DNA of 64,000 bases from Lama guanicoe (GCA_013239625.1 MU054212.1:124001-188000), one strand, 5' to 3'; numbered from the stretch's first letter, positions 1-14,300 are shown. The notes: generated by a model from the letters alone, not told the origin. Numbers and translations are program-made.

Positions 1-2189
1 AATTCCCCAGGAATAAGAATCAATGGGGGAACATAGCCAAAGGGTCCCGGCCCTTAATGGAACAGAGTTTAGCAAAGGAGGCAGATTTTAAGGGACTAGG
101 TCCAAGCTGTGACTTCCTAGCTGTGCAGACATTGGAATTTCCCAAGCTTCAGAGATAGCTGGTCTTAAAGTCACAACAAGTGCAATGAGGGAGAAGTACA
201 AGGTGAAAAGAAAGGCAGGTTGGTCAATTTTCAGAGCATGAGACCTCTAACGACAACCATCTTCAGGATCTCAGAAGGATTCATAGAATTGTCAGGGTTA
301 ATAATAGGAGTAAGCGTTGCCACTTTCTGGGTCTCAGTGATACACTAGTGACCGTGTACTTCCCATGCACTATCGCATTTAAAACAGGGGTCAGACTCTG
401 GGATCTCCACTTTGGACAGGCTGATGATCCACAAACTAGAGTGTGAGAAGGGGCTTCTATTTAGTTTGGATACAGAACATGCTTTCATTTGCAAGAAAAG
501 AAAGGCTCAGGATTTTAAGTTTGCTAATAACCTTATTAAATTGTGATAATATGCTATTATTATTCACATGCAAAAATGTGGTCACTGATGAAGCCGCAGT
601 GCCATATAATTGTGGGTTGTTTCACTAGTCGTGAGAATAAGTTTGGGCTCTTTGGGGTCTCAGGTAGGTGGATGGCTGGAGGCCAGTGGGCAGCATGGTG
701 TCATGGAGCGCAGAATCATGGCCTCTGTCCTCCCCCCATGCCGCCAGCCCCATTAACCCCGCCCACACCCTGGGAGGGGATGAAGTATAACTGACTTGTA
801 TCAAGTTCAAAGTGTGGCCTCATTCTCTTTGTCCTCTCCCAATACAGCTTCCTGGCCAGACATGGCATTACTGGGGCATGAGTATGGGACTGTGTAGTTT
901 TACTAATGTCAAGATAGTTTTATAAGCCATTGTGTAAAAAGTTAAATGCAAGTATTCAAAGTCCCACTAAATATGAATTTTCTTGGACAACTAACAAAGC
1001 AGCTCAGTAGACTAAGCAAAGATTTAGTTTTAAGAGACCTAAAAATAGTGTGCCACTAACATCTTTGTCCAGTAACACTGATGATTAATAACAAATTAAA
1101 AGGAGAAATTCATTTGTGAGGTATTTATTAGTACCTATGCAAAGATATTCATCAGCACAAATTCCTGTTTCCCAAAATATAAAAATATTTAGGGTATACT
1201 TATATTTAACATTAAATTCTAACCAAAACTTGACCAGAATAAGAGAATTGGGAAACCATGTAATATTCCAACTGCATGAGTGGGTAAGGGAGAAAGTAGG
1301 AGGCAGATAAAATAAATGGTAAGAAAGAGCATATGACTCATATTGTTGATAAAAATAGTTGTCCTTTCAACTAAAAATTTTTAATAATGTCTAAAATAAG
1401 TCATTGTCTAAGGGACTTTGGTAGGGTCAAAATCTTTGCTATGCCTTTTAAATTACCAATAGATATTTTGACTTCTTTTGGAAAAGAAAGTTTTTGTTTT
1501 GTTTTGTGTTGTTTTAATGGTTTAAAAGTTTTCATTGAATTTCCTCTCATATGATACTTAACTTTTTGACATGCGGTCATTTAAAGATATTCTGGATTTT
1601 ACTAACTATTGGTGATGAAGAAATGCAATGGAAAGAACAAAAGTAGGGGGTTTATTGCCTTTGTCCCCTTAAACCTACGGGCAGGTCCCACTGAGATCCC
1701 TGAGGATGCCGACCCACTAGACCCACTCTCCTGCCCATTGTGCACCACTTTGATCAATTGGGATTTTTTTTTTTTTGGAGGAAGTGGGAGATAAACACCA
1801 GTATTTCATGTGTGCTGAATTAGAGATAGGGTTTTTCTAGATAAATGTGGGGGAAGGAGTGGTATGCATTTCCGGAAGGAAACAATGTGAAAAATTGTGG
1901 GCATGGGGTCAGGAAGAAGGAGCAGCTTCCGCAGCCCAGTTTGGCTGGTGCAGAGACATGACGTGATGGAAGACAAGGGCGGAAAAGCCGGTTGGGGCAA
2001 CTGCTATGGTCGCCACACAATAAAATGATGTGACCTCAGGCACGTTTATAACATTCGGCTGATTCATCTATAAAACTGTGAATCTGGAATCCACCACTAA
2101 TGTTTTTCTCCAACTCTCACATTTTCAAATGCCACACTACAGCCTCTGATACTGCTACCAGGCAGAGCTTTGTGGGGCTTGAGATACTA

Positions 2190-2460
2190 ATTTAAGAGTC
2201 ATTCACATAGAGGCAATGTTTAAAGTAGCGGCTGGTGAATTTGTCAAAGGATAATGAGCAGAGAGAAGGCAAGAGGGCCAAGAGTAAAATTCAGGGTCAC
2301 ATCCATGGTCAGGAGAAAGAAGAGGAACCACCACAGAGGTAAAAGCTCTATATGGCAAGAAAGGAGGAGAACCAGGACAGGACCCTCCCAACTGGGTCAT
2401 CTACTGCAAGAAATCAGAGAAGATGGAAATTAGATATGGCGCTTGAGATATGATTGCTGA
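2190..2460 (-). mobile_element. LINE-2 (L2) fragment, ancient
   Basis: Purine-rich stretch resembling the antisense L2 internal consensus; highly diverged. Confidence 0.45.
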
Positions 2461-3639
2461 TTAAAAAAAACCCCACACACTTAGTAATAAGCATGACTAA
2501 AGAAAACCAGTCCACAGATCTGGGCCACACTGAGAATAAAGAGGTAAGGGGATACCGGGCACCTGGTTCTCTGGTGTACATTCCAGGTAATATGCCTATG
2601 TCTGGAAGTAGATATATTTGGTAAGATCAAGAAGTCCAGGTGAAAAGAACCAAAGTCCCTTAGAGGAACTGAATCAGCTTGCTCACCATTTGGACTCACT
2701 TGATACACCAGAGTCAGCTGGACCAAGGAAAGGTTGGACCCTGCCCATCTCACGATTCATTTCTTGCCTCTAATGGAGAATAGAGTTCTCAATGATGAAG
2801 CCTGATTTAGAAAAATCCTGAGTGTATCTTAACCAGTGCTTTCTGGCCCAGTAGAAGCAGGGAAAAAAAGAAAAATAATTCGGAACAAATGGAAGTGCCA
2901 TAGAGGAAGAGGGAGAATTGAGGAAGGGGGGTAGAGGCAGGCTCTTTGCAATGACTGTGATCCTTGGGTGACCATCTCCTGCAGAGATGAAGTGATGGAG
3001 CCATGACGCGAAGCAAGGTCCCCCTGGAAAGGACTGGTACTTTCCTCCCCACATCATTCATACCCAGTAATAAACACACATCAGATAACACACACGTTGA
3101 AGGCTGAGCTGTTGAAAGCAGACCCAGGCCTTTGGGAATCCCCTGAATTAAGGCATGAAAAACATTCTCTTCCTTAGCACCTGTAACACTCTCTCAATAT
3201 GACTGTTTCTCTTAAAGCCATAGGCATCTGTTCTCCAGTTTGCTCCTTGGAGACAGAGACAGAATTACGACGTATGACGTTTTCCCTCATTTCCTGCTGT
3301 GTGCTGCTTCAAGTTTCTGCGAGGGCTCTTCTACTCTTTCTTCCAAATGGTGAATCTGTGTACGGCCGCCCCACACTCCCACCTCGTGTTGATGGCTGGG
3401 GCATTGATCTACAATGGGAATGTTTAGAAAATGGAACGTTCTGTAACCAGTGTTGTTTCGTCTGCTATTTTTGAAAAAGATCTCTCTACAGATTTCAAGC
3501 CCACTTTGCTGGTGTGACAGAATTGATCAAATAGAGTCTCTCTTTGAAGATCTGGAATTGTGTTCAGTCTCAGAGTCATCATTCAGATCATCATTTGGGT
3601 CATCACTGACCTCACTGTCGTGGGCCGTGGGACAAACAC

Positions 3640-3850
3640 CGAGGACTGGAGCCAGAAGACGTGGGTTTGAGGATTGGCTCTGCTTAGAGCTGTGAGATTT
3701 GGGGCAAGTTGCTTAAAAACAAAAAACAAAAGAAAACTCCAAGTCTCAGTTTCCTTCTCTGTAAAGTGGGGATAAAAAGCAAATCTACCTACGTCACAGG
3801 ATTATGTGAAGGTTACCAAAATCCTCTGTGAAAGCATTTGTAGTAACTCA
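3640..3850 (+). mobile_element. MIR SINE
   Basis: Core motifs ggggcaagttgctt...tctcagtttccttctctgtaaagtggggata...cacaggattatgtgaagg. Confidence 0.8.
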
Positions 3851-4069
3851 AACAGCTGGGATTTTATAGAACTAGAGACGTCGCTCTAGGGACAGATGGG
3901 ATCAAACTGAGTCTTGTCAGAGATGAGACAGATGAGTTCGAAACACTGACTTATAAAAGAACCCCCCAAACTGAACTTGACTCCTTGTTGTTTGTCTCTT
4001 TGTCCTACAAGGGCTAGAAACAGAAAAATGATCTGAAGTTTCCACTCGAGTTGTTGTTCAGTTAGCGGC

Positions 4070-4200
4070 TGGTGTCCCCATGTAACAGATAAGGAAACCA
4101 AGGCCTAGAAGGTTGTTTTGTTGTCTGTTTTTAAGTGACCGGTCCCAAATCTCACAGTTAGCAAGTGCAAGCATCAGGATTCACACCCAAAATGAAGGCC
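4070..4200 (-). mobile_element. MIR SINE fragment
   Basis: acagataaggaaaccaaggc...cccaaatctcacagttagcaagt...ggattcacaccc matches the antisense MIR core. Confidence 0.7.
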
Positions 4201-7200
4201 TGCACGGATAGGCAGCTGGAGGTTCTGTTTTCATAATGGCCTAAGTTAAAGGCTGTGCCCAGAAAGGAAAATGAGTTTGCATCAGAATCAGTTCCTGGTG
4301 GCAGGACCTATACCCTGAGGTTACAGCCACCATGCAAGGTCCTGGCAGAGCCGCCCTCAGGAGAGGAGCTCCTTCTGATGAGACGTGGGTGGGAGGGCTG
4401 CTTGTGGATGGCACACCGGGTGGGCGCCCTCCAGAAACCTCCTGTTTCAACCCCTTCAGTAGTCTGGGCCGAGTCCTTGGGCAGAGGGAGGCAATAATAA
4501 CTCAGCTGTTAGTCAACAGAGGGAGGATGCAGAGCTCTGGGAGAGATGAACAGGACAAGGCTGGAAAAAAATTCTATTGCAGGTAGAGGGACCAGGGGCT
4601 GACCGAGACCATCATGTGCACATGACGGTGACCAGGTCAGTGCTGGCGATGCCCACGTGGGTGACATCACAAACCACTGCCTGGGAAGGGAGTCTGCTGG
4701 GTCTTCACTCTCGACGTGGCCCCTTACGACTCCTATTGCTCACACATACGTCCTTCCAGTCAAGGAAGGACATGAGTTACATGATATTATTATTACTCAA
4801 GAAGTTTTTCCTCTCATCTCATTCCTCTGCTCCCACCAGTGCCTGTGTTTGAGCCAAAAGTTCAGAATCTAAACTTTGGACCCAGGTTCTTCTCAGTATT
4901 TAGCCCTATAGACTTGAGCCCTGTTCCCTCCAGCTTCAGCCCACCAGCCCCGCATGTAGGGCAGCGGGCACGAGCAGACGGAAGTGCGCCTGACTGCTGG
5001 CCCTGACTTCCACCACCCCCGTGACATCAGAGTGTCATTCAGCGCCCAGGTCCGTGTGGTTAGTTGAGCAAAACAAGAACTCAAAAGCTATGGAGTCCTT
5101 GAAGGGAATGCCTGCAATCAGCCTGGCCATGCTTCGTAAGCACCCACCACATGGTAGCTGTTGTTATTAAGAAATAGTAAGATGTTTCGGTTAAAAGCAG
5201 GGCAGAGGATGATTCTTCAACCAAATCTCAAGAGACTGTAACTCTTCTGTGCAAATAATGCCCAACTGCATAAGAACTGTCACAGAATGGGCTATCCATT
5301 CTCTCTCTTCCTCTCTCCCAAAGCACCAAAGATTTCTGCCACACCCACAATAAGACCATCTGTTAGCTTTCCCCAAACTTTTTTTCTTCAGATTTGAATT
5401 TCACATCATTTTTTATTACCTCACCCCTTTCTAACGTCTGCCAAAGCCTCCTCAACATTCCCCTGTCTTTGCAGTAGAGCTGGCGTTTGTTGTTGCTGTT
5501 GTTTTTCCAGGGAAATTCACATGTTCCTGTTAGGTAATCATGAACTTTGCCAGACACATATAAACAAATCAGTTTTCCATTCATGTTCTGCTTTCCAAGG
5601 ATGCTGTGAGAATTAGTTAGATGAAGTCTGCAAGACAGAACCTGCTCTTGGAGAAATATGATATATTAATATCACACTTAACAGAACACCATTTTCACAT
5701 AAGGCCAGTAAGCATGGTCATCCACCTGTTTCAAACTGGCCTGTCTCTGCCATGGGGGACAAGTCTTACAAACTCGGTCACCTGTGGCAGCTTAACTCTT
5801 CCACAGGTACACATAATTCCACTCCACAGTAGTCACGTTTCTGATTAGCAATGGTGCCAGATTAGTTGTATTCTTTCCCCAGATGTGACTCTAGCAGGTT
5901 GCTAAGAAACTCACTCAAATTTCCCTCTCCAACTTTGCTCCTACTCTGCCTGTCTTCTCCCACCATTCTGTGATGGGCAGAGGTTTTCTATTCCTCTGAG
6001 CAAAGAGACTGGTTCCATGGTGGAAATTAAAGCATCCTTGAATTTCTCCCCAACTCATGCAGTATTTCCTTAGGCTTGATTACCAATTTCTACTAAAGAA
6101 CTGAATGATCTTAGTTCCAAATCCATTCCATAAAAATGGAATTTTGCTGTAATGAGAAACTGGGTCAGACAGTTTCAGTGGCAACTATTAAGACCTGTGA
6201 AGGCTAAAAAATAAATTCAATATTTGGACGTTACTGGTCTTCTACCATGCTATTAATGACATACGTTCACAGAAAGTGACGTAGCATTGGCCATAGTTAT
6301 AATTATACAATGTGATTTCTTTTTTTAAAAAAATTCTGTCTCCTCCCTTGTGTGCTATTGTACCTGCAACGCCAGGCTGAGAGGAAACTCCTTCCAAACA
6401 CTGGTAGTGCTCAGAATAGAGCAGAGCAGTTCAATACAGGCAGCCAAAAACCATCTTCTTGGTAAAATACTGCTCTTTCCTTCTAACTTAAAAAAAGGTA
6501 ACATAAGCTTAGCCAAGTCTATTGGAAGGAAAGCATCATTGGCTCTGAAAAGGCAGGTTCTGAGAAGCTGCAGCCAGCCCCACACTCATTGGTCTGGAGA
6601 CCCCCGCATCCCACCTGCAGTGCTGGGAGAAGGCTCCCCTGCCCGGGAAATATATGTTATATCAGTTACTCACTTTTCTCCATTTTCCTGCACTTTTATT
6701 CTCTTTCCTGACATGGCAAGTGATACCAATTTATCTTTTTTTTTTTAATGTTAGTTTTGTTCTTCTGATGGAGAAGACGAGAAGGACAGGAGGGGGCTGT
6801 GAATGATGCCCCGTTTCGAGCACTCTCGTAGGTGAGACAGTGTGCCCATGTCTAGGAAGCAAGCCATTCTCAGAATTGTTCCGGAGGAGCTTTGCTTTAT
6901 GCTGTTTCTTCTATAAGCCTCTCCAACTTACTCTGCTGTTGGGAAATTTGAAGTCTTGATAGTTTGAATCTAAGGAAAACATTTCCTGCTTGTTTTCATT
7001 TGTTTGTTTTTATTCTGGACCTGCTATAAAAGCTCTTAGCAGGTCATTGTGCTTTTGTAAGGAAAACCTAAGCTGTTGTCTAGTGGTTCTTCTCTATGTT
7101 CCTGTAGGAAGCGGCACTCGGAAGGTTTCCTGGTACGGTCGGGGGCATCACTGACCGGGCAATAGCTCACTGCTCACTATGGTGGGCGCATGATGACAGG

Positions 7201-7566
7201 AGAAAGGCTGTGAGTAGAACGGGGCTGCTGAGGGTAACGATCTCGGCAAGCCCTCCATAAGGACTTCCAGCAGGGCCCTTTATCTCCGAAACAGATTAAG
7301 GTTGACTTCAAAGCACGGTCATTGCGGCCAAGCTCTTCTCAATAAAGCCGTCAGAGCAGGCAGGAGGAATCCTATCCTCTCTGTACAATCGGGAATGTGG
7401 TTCTCAGTATGGTGAGGTGGGAGGGGGTGCTTTTTCAAACTACACATGGCCCCACCCACCCAGAATCATCACCCTTGAGGAGAAATGCCACAAATGGGAG
7501 TGTGCTACATACATGATGATGAGGAGGTTGAAAAAAAAATTGTTGGGAACCATTAGAATCTGCTGC

Positions 7567-7600
7567 AGTGTGTGTGTGTGCGTGCATGAGTGTGTGTGTG
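7567..7600. repeat. Imperfect (TG)n microsatellite
   Basis: gtgtgtgtgtgtgcgtgcatgagtgtgtgtgtg. Confidence 0.85.
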
Positions 7601-8429
7601 GCCCGTGAGAAAAATTATTCCCAGCTCTCAGACTTTCCTAAAGTATGAACAATGTGAAGAGATCCAACTTTTGATTTGGATTTGAGATTTTAAATTTAAT
7701 GTGACATATTAATGAAAGCAATGTGTGGTATTTACTCAAATCATAGCTTTCCTCAGAGTAGTGCAAGATGCAGTCATGGAAATCAGGAGAGAACTCAGGA
7801 CTCCGAAAGAAAAGGGGACCAAAAATCGAAGTGGGGGAGAAACAGAAAAAATATGACTTAAAGAAGAGTTATTTGTTTATGAGGCAAATGATACTGCTGG
7901 GAGGAAGTGTGCAAAGCTCTGCAAAGTCGTAAACTCCAGGAAGGCAAAATGGCTGCATACACTCTGCACACCGTCAGGGCACGGGAGGAAACCGCAGTGT
8001 GTGCACAAGGTCCTGCAGCCCCGTGTGAGCTGGCTGGGGGCGCGTACTGGGGTCCTGGGCCCGGGCACTGAGCATGCTTCTCTCCTGGAGACTGACTGTC
8101 CAGCTACTTCATAGCGTAGGGGCAACTGATAGCATTTGGAGGTAGCTTAGTTGCATTTTTCATGCATGTTAATTCAAGTGAATTGAAAACCACAAAGAAT
8201 GAGCCTGACATCTCGGTGAGGTTCAGTAATATTGGTTTGATTTTAGGAGGACTCACGTTCTTCTATTTGAAAATTTTCTCTGAGGGCTCTAATGGGTCAA
8301 GCACATTTTTCATAAAGGTAGGAAAATAATCCTGAGCGAAATGAAAAAAGTTGGGACACAAATGTGAAATTTTCCCTGAAATCTAGGGACATGGAATCAT
8401 CAGGATTCCTCAGAAGCTTTTTGGGAGCT

Positions 8430-8660
8430 GCTATTTATTGAGTGCTTGCTATGTGCCAGACCAAGTGCTTTACACACGCTGTTGGATGAATGAATGAATG
8501 AATGAACGAACGAATGGATGAATGAACAACCCTTTAGAGTACTTACAACTATTTCCATTTTACTAATGAGGAAACTGAGCCTTGGGGAGGTTGTAAGAAG
8601 TCATTCCATCTGATAAATATTGGAAGTAGAATTCAAATCAAAATCTTTTCGATTCTAATT
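8430..8660 (-). mobile_element. MIR SINE containing a (GAAT)n tract (~8486-8526)
   Basis: tttattgagtgcttgctatgtgccag...ccattttactaatgaggaaactgag; internal gaatgaatgaatgaatgaacgaacgaatg. Confidence 0.75.
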
Positions 8661-9294
8661 TATGCAATGTAGGAGAGATTCAAAACAGAATGCTGGGAAC
8701 AAACACATCATAAAACCCCCTCCATCTTAGACCAGCTGATGAAGTTAGCTTTTGTTTTTCTCCTTGGAGTCCCTAACTTTTCTCCCAATGAGCACCAATC
8801 TCTTCATTCATTTTCTCACATTACTCATCTTTTTTACCCACAAAATTCTGGTTGAAATTAGTGAAGTCTTCATGCTAAAGAGCCTCTAATGCCATAGAGA
8901 ACTGGGAATAAGTGTCCTGATCTTTTTAAAAAGCCCAGACAGAAGAGAATATTGGCCCCAGTGGTCAAAACCCAGACAATTCCAGTTTTGATGGGACAGC
9001 TCCCAAAAAGTTCAGATGCTTCCCTGAACTTATCCAAACCTTGGGCGGTCTCCTGCTTTTCCGGAGGGAACATGCTTGGTGGATGATGCACCAAGTTTGA
9101 AACACATGGAGAATGCCCTCCGTGGGGACTCTTGGGTCTTATGTAAGGTTAAGTCCCAATTGCACATCAGGCCACCGTGGTATTTCTCCTCTGGAGAAAT
9201 ATAGGCTGGCTTTGTTGTGTTGAAAATAAAATCTCAACCACACAGAAAGCACTGGAAGTTATAGTAGAGGAAGTCATCAAACTTTTATTCATAG

Positions 9295-9520
9295 TCATCC
9301 TTTATTAAGCACCTACCTCCTGCCAAATACTTTCCTAGATGCTTCATCTATGTTATTTCATTTAATCTTTTCAACAAACCTCAAGGTAGTTGTTACCTCC
9401 ACTTAAATGAGGAAAGAGGACCAGGTTGATTAGGCAATGTGCCCAGGGTCATATGACTTGTAGGTGGCAGTTGGGATTTGAACTGACTCTGTCCATCTCC
9501 AAAGCTTGTGAACTTAACCA
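9295..9520 (-). mobile_element. MIR SINE
   Basis: tttattaagcacctac...atttcatttaatc...aaatgaggaaa...gcccagggtcatatgac...ggatttgaac. Confidence 0.8.
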
Positions 9521-10705
9521 CTTCGTGATGCGCCCTGGCCGGCCCAGAAGGACATGAGCAAAGACTATATTTATGGGTGAATTTGTCCCCTAGCTTTATT
9601 TCCAATTGGCTGCAGCCTCCCCTGGTCCATCCTGGAAGCAGGGATGGAAGGAGTGGAGCTGGCAGGCACCTCTGGTTCTCATGTAGCCAACGTGGGCGAC
9701 ATGGCCAGACAGCTGGGCAAAGGCCACTGGTTTCAGGCCAAGTTCCAAGGAAAAGCAAACCATCAACTGGCTGGAACTTTTAAGAAGGCATCAGAAAAAG
9801 CTTGACAAGATGGACTAAGAAATTCATGGACGACTATAGAAATCAGAAATAAATCAGGAAGAAAAAAATCAATGCGCAAGCCAATTTCATAAACACTAGA
9901 CCCTCACAGAATTATGAAAAGTCCCCATAACTGGGGCCTGACTGAAACTGTTGTCCCTTCACTGTAGTAATTTAAACTCAACTATTTATTTTGGCTTCTG
10001 TCCTCAATGACTTGTTCTAATCGAAATGCTTTGATGAGATGTACAAAAGAAATAAAAATATGATTGAGAAGCCAAAGAGTAATTTCTTGGTTTAAAATAA
10101 TTGTGAACATAAACTTTAATCTTCGGCCATGTTATAAGGGCTATCTTTGACTGAGTAGGGCAAAGACTTTTAAGATCTTCTTTGGAAAAGCACTTTTGGT
10201 TTTAGAGTGGGTATAAATGCACCCTAACACCTTACAGAACATATTTCCACCAAAATGCCTCTTAGTCTGTCTATAAATCAATGCACATTTGACATCTAAG
10301 ACCTCATTTTTTGGAGGCTTCCATAACAATCCATGGCTTATAAAAAGCTAAGTTTTCCTTCATGCTGAATTCAACAATATTTATTGGGCTTGGGCTCCTG
10401 CTTTTCCTCCAGCAAGCCAACATGTTTCCCTCCTGCTATATGTGAAGTGCCTCCATTGATCTGCATAAAATTCAGCTCTCAGAGGTGTGCTTACCTGAGT
10501 TGAGTATTACCTTCTAGAAGCCAATGGCAACAATAAATAATAAGTGTTACAATTTACTAAAATATTACCATATGTCACGTGTTCTCCAGCAGAATCCAAA
10601 ACCTGGCCAAACTGCTTGACCACCTGTGAGACCATGGACAACTTCTCTCTCAAATCATCAGTAGTTTTCTTATTTACAAGTTGGTGATTAAAAACACACT
10701 GGTTT

Positions 10706-10806
10706 AGAATATACGTATGTATATGTACAACTGAAACACTATGCTGTACACCAGAAATAATTGTAAACTGACTATACTTCAATAAAGAAAAGCAAAAAAA
10801 AAAAAA
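10706..10806 (+). mobile_element. Strongly 5'-truncated young L1 3' end with A tail
   Basis: tatgtacaactgaaacactatgctgtacaccagaaa...ctgactatacttcaataaa plus A tail; flanked by acacactggttt at 10694-10705 and 10921-10932. Confidence 0.8.
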
Positions 10807-10915
10807 GATAGATGATAGATGGATGGATAGATAGATAGACAGATTTCATAGGTAGATAGATGGATGGATGGATGGATGAAGAGAGAGAGAGAGAGAGAAA
10901 CAAAAACAAACAAAT
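10806..10915. repeat. Compound microsatellite (GATA)n/(GGAT)n/(GA)n/(CAAA)n
   Basis: Tandem tetra- and dinucleotide runs directly after the L1 A tail. Confidence 0.9.
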
Positions 10916-10960
10916 AAAACACACACTGGTTTGTGCCGGAGTCAAGGACATAACATATGT

Positions 10961-11318
10961 TGTATTCATTTGCTGAGGTTGCCACAGTACCACAGACCAG
11001 GTGGCTTAAACAACAAAAATTTCTTTTCTCACAATTCTGGAAGCTAGAAGCTGATCAAGGTGTCAGGCAGGGTTAGATTCTCCTGAGGCCTCTCCTGGGC
11101 CTATAGACGGCTATCTTCTCCCTGAGTCCATGCCCTTTCCTTGTAGATATGTCTACGTTCTAATCTCTTCTTTGTAGAAAGAGTCCCAACCTAACAATGT
11201 CACTGCAACCTAATTACCTTTTTACAGACTCTACCTCCAAACACAGTCACATTCTGAGGCAGTAGAAGTTAGGATTTCAGCATATTAACTTTAGGGGGAA
11301 ACAAGTTAGCCTATAACA
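10961..11318 (-). mobile_element. MaLR solo LTR (MLT1A/B-like)
   Basis: TG...CA ends; ggtggcttaaacaac, ctcacaattctggaagctagaag, acagtcacattctgagg are typical MLT1 motifs. Confidence 0.85.
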
Positions 11319-14300
11319 TGTGAAATGCCTAGAACACAGCAACTTTCAGTAAATGCTGGTTCCCTTCTCCCCACTTCCAAGGTTTGGAATAAAGAAGACA
11401 TGGGGCATGTAGCACAAGCTCTTTGAGTGGATGGTTCAGGTGCCTTGACAAAAGCACTAAAATGAGATGTCCATTGCTGCTCATGTGAAGGCCTTCATTC
11501 TAAAAACAGAGGCAAAGTAGACTTCACTTCTCAAAAAGCATACGGCAAGGTTCAAAGAGAGGGTTTTAACGCCAAAGCTCTCAGCTGCCATTGATTTAAT
11601 TTCTGGTTAAAGGGAAGCAACAAATTGCAATGATGATGACAGTGATGATGGTGTGACAAGGGTGACAACAGCAGCTGTCAATGACTAGGACATACACATA
11701 TGAAGCCCTTCAAATGCATTCTCCCACTTAATCTATTATAATAACTTCTACAAATGGGTAGCTGTGTGTGGTCTTTCAAATAAACTGAAAATTTTTTTTT
11801 AAGGAGAAGACATTGAGAATTTCTACATGTAAGAAACAGTAAAATCATTGTTGATTTCATAAAAGGATTCACTAGCCTAGATGATCTTTGTCACTCTGAC
11901 TGCAGTTTTGCTGATATTTAAGGACAAATAAATCATGTCTGGATGGATGAGAATGCTGACTGATATCCACTTTTGGAGCTGGAGAACCTTCTGCAGCACA
12001 GAGATTCCTTGATTTCCTAGGTGCTGGTTGATCTAGAGAGCTGGGGACAGCCTGCTGGTGAGTCCTTCTTTACCTAGCACACTGCTCTGCATGCCATGAA
12101 GATAAATTAATATCTGTGGACTCAGTGAAGCACCATCCCCCAGACTCGGAGTTACTCTCTGCTTTCAGCAGGATCAGTGTGGCTGATGGCTCTGACGGAC
12201 TCATTGATCAAGCAGCTCTGTCTATGCCTCTCTTATGGACACTCAAGAGACCCCCCCCATCAAGAACACACTGCTGTAGAATTAGGGGGACCACCACTTG
12301 GGTCCTTTTTAATTTACTCTCAAGTGCTTTGGGGCTTTTGAACAAGAATCTTAGTCATGTGAACATATGTGTAAAACAATTGTTGGGAAAGCAGAAAGAC
12401 CAAATGTTGAAATCCCAAAGTCTTTACTTAAGGGCACTTCCATATATGACTCCTGGGAGAGACAGATGTGGCAGCTGCCACTGACAGTGATGGAAATTCA
12501 GATTTTGAAACGTTGCAAGTCATGGAAACATCCAGCCACGCTGATGCCTGTTGGATTCTGCTTTGCCTACTTCTTTCAGAAGAGCCAGGTCGCCTTTTTC
12601 TCATTTAGTTCAATGCAAACACCTGTCAACAAGGGTCAGCTGGGCATTGCTTTTGGTAACTCTTCCAGCTTAAACAAAGGCATGGGGGAGAGAGACACAT
12701 GCAGGGTGCACACAGAACTGCTTTCTGTCAGCTCGCTCTCTGGACATGCTCAGGCCTGCGGGCAGGGCTTTGAGTTTCTGGCCTGCTGTCAACCCCATTG
12801 AGCAGCAGCCTTGGCTGGGTCATACACAGCGTTTTTTCTGTCTGAAGGATGACCTGGTTAACAAAGGACAAATAGTAGAGCTCCCAAAAAATAATTAAGT
12901 CTTTGGACCCCTTTGTGCAAACACAAATCTGTGTGAGGTTTTCTGGAGCAAATGCTGTAGACTGCATTCCAAAGGCCAAGAGGCAAAACACCACGCTGGT
13001 CTGTCTCCCGCGTTCTCTCTGTAAATAGCACCATGCCTTTCTGGGGCAATGAGACAGAGCGCCAGGCAGTCTTGTTTATGGCACTAGCTGGATGGCAGCT
13101 TTATCCAATGGACATGCATGTGACAAAGATATCAATGGCCTGGACAGAGGGCAAATTCAGTATGTTGGACAAATCACTTAACTACTCTGGGCCTCAGTCT
13201 TCTCAGCTCCAATGTTAGGTTAATAACTCTTTTCCATAAGGTTGTCCACGTAACACACTCATTGGGAACCCACCCTGTGCATAGTACCATGCTAAAGGCT
13301 GGTGGTGATGATGAAAGAAAAAAATGTAAGTGAGGGCCCAACGCGGTGGCTGCCTCATCAGATGCTCTCTGTAAGTGCTGGCTGACTATGGGGAGGGACT
13401 GGGAAAGCAGACAGCCTTAGGCCCAAGTTCTTTGAAAATGTGGATATTTATCCAGATTCCTGAAATTTTTATTAAAAATATTTAAAGTTGCTTTCTTCTA
13501 TGGGAATAATGATGAAGTACCAGAAACAGACAACCAAGACTCTAGGAACAGAAAATTAAGGTAGAAACGGTGAGGTCTGTTTCAACTTAGGGGGACCTTG
13601 ACTGAGCTTTGATATATGTGAACAGATCCCCCCCCAAGAAGAATCCATGGCTTTGGATCTAGGTTCAGTTAGGTGAAGAGTGGAGAGGAAAGGTACCAGG
13701 GGGTCAGGGGAAAGTGATGAGAAGAAGACAATTAATACTACAGGGAAAAGTATACATGTATTCTTGGGAACAAACTAACAGACATGTCTATCCTGTGAGA
13801 AGCCTTAGTGATTTCAGTGGCTGGCTGGAGGGAGGGGAAAATTGAACCAACATTAATCATGCTCCCAAGTACAACTCCAGCTTCTAACAAAATAGACAGT
13901 AACTGGTAACACCGCTTCTGGTCTGCCCAATGCCTAGGGTCAAGGCTGCGCTGGAATCCCCCATCAGGATTTCAGATCAGGCCTGGAAATATGTGCATTT
14001 AAGCTTATTCTGGAATGCATGCCACCTGCAGAAACGGATTTTTCTCAATCTAATTATAAGAAAATTCAAACTAAATAAGAGAAACTGGGTGCCTTAGATA
14101 ATTCCTCTGCTTTTTTTCCCTAAGAGAAGCATTTTTGTGGCGAAGACCAGCCAGTGGCACTAATCACACCTATCTCAAGCCCAGGGTTGGAAAGAGGCCT
14201 TTTTTTTTCTTTAATAGAAAAACAGGAAAAAGTTTAAAACTACCATTTACCCTCCAGTTGCTTTTTCCTTGTATTTTGTGATTTATTTTGGCATTATTCT

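Noticed and set aside
9181..9201. Hairpin tatttctcc-tct-ggagaaata
   Set aside because: A 9-bp stem is too short for a pre-miRNA and plausible by chance in 64 kb
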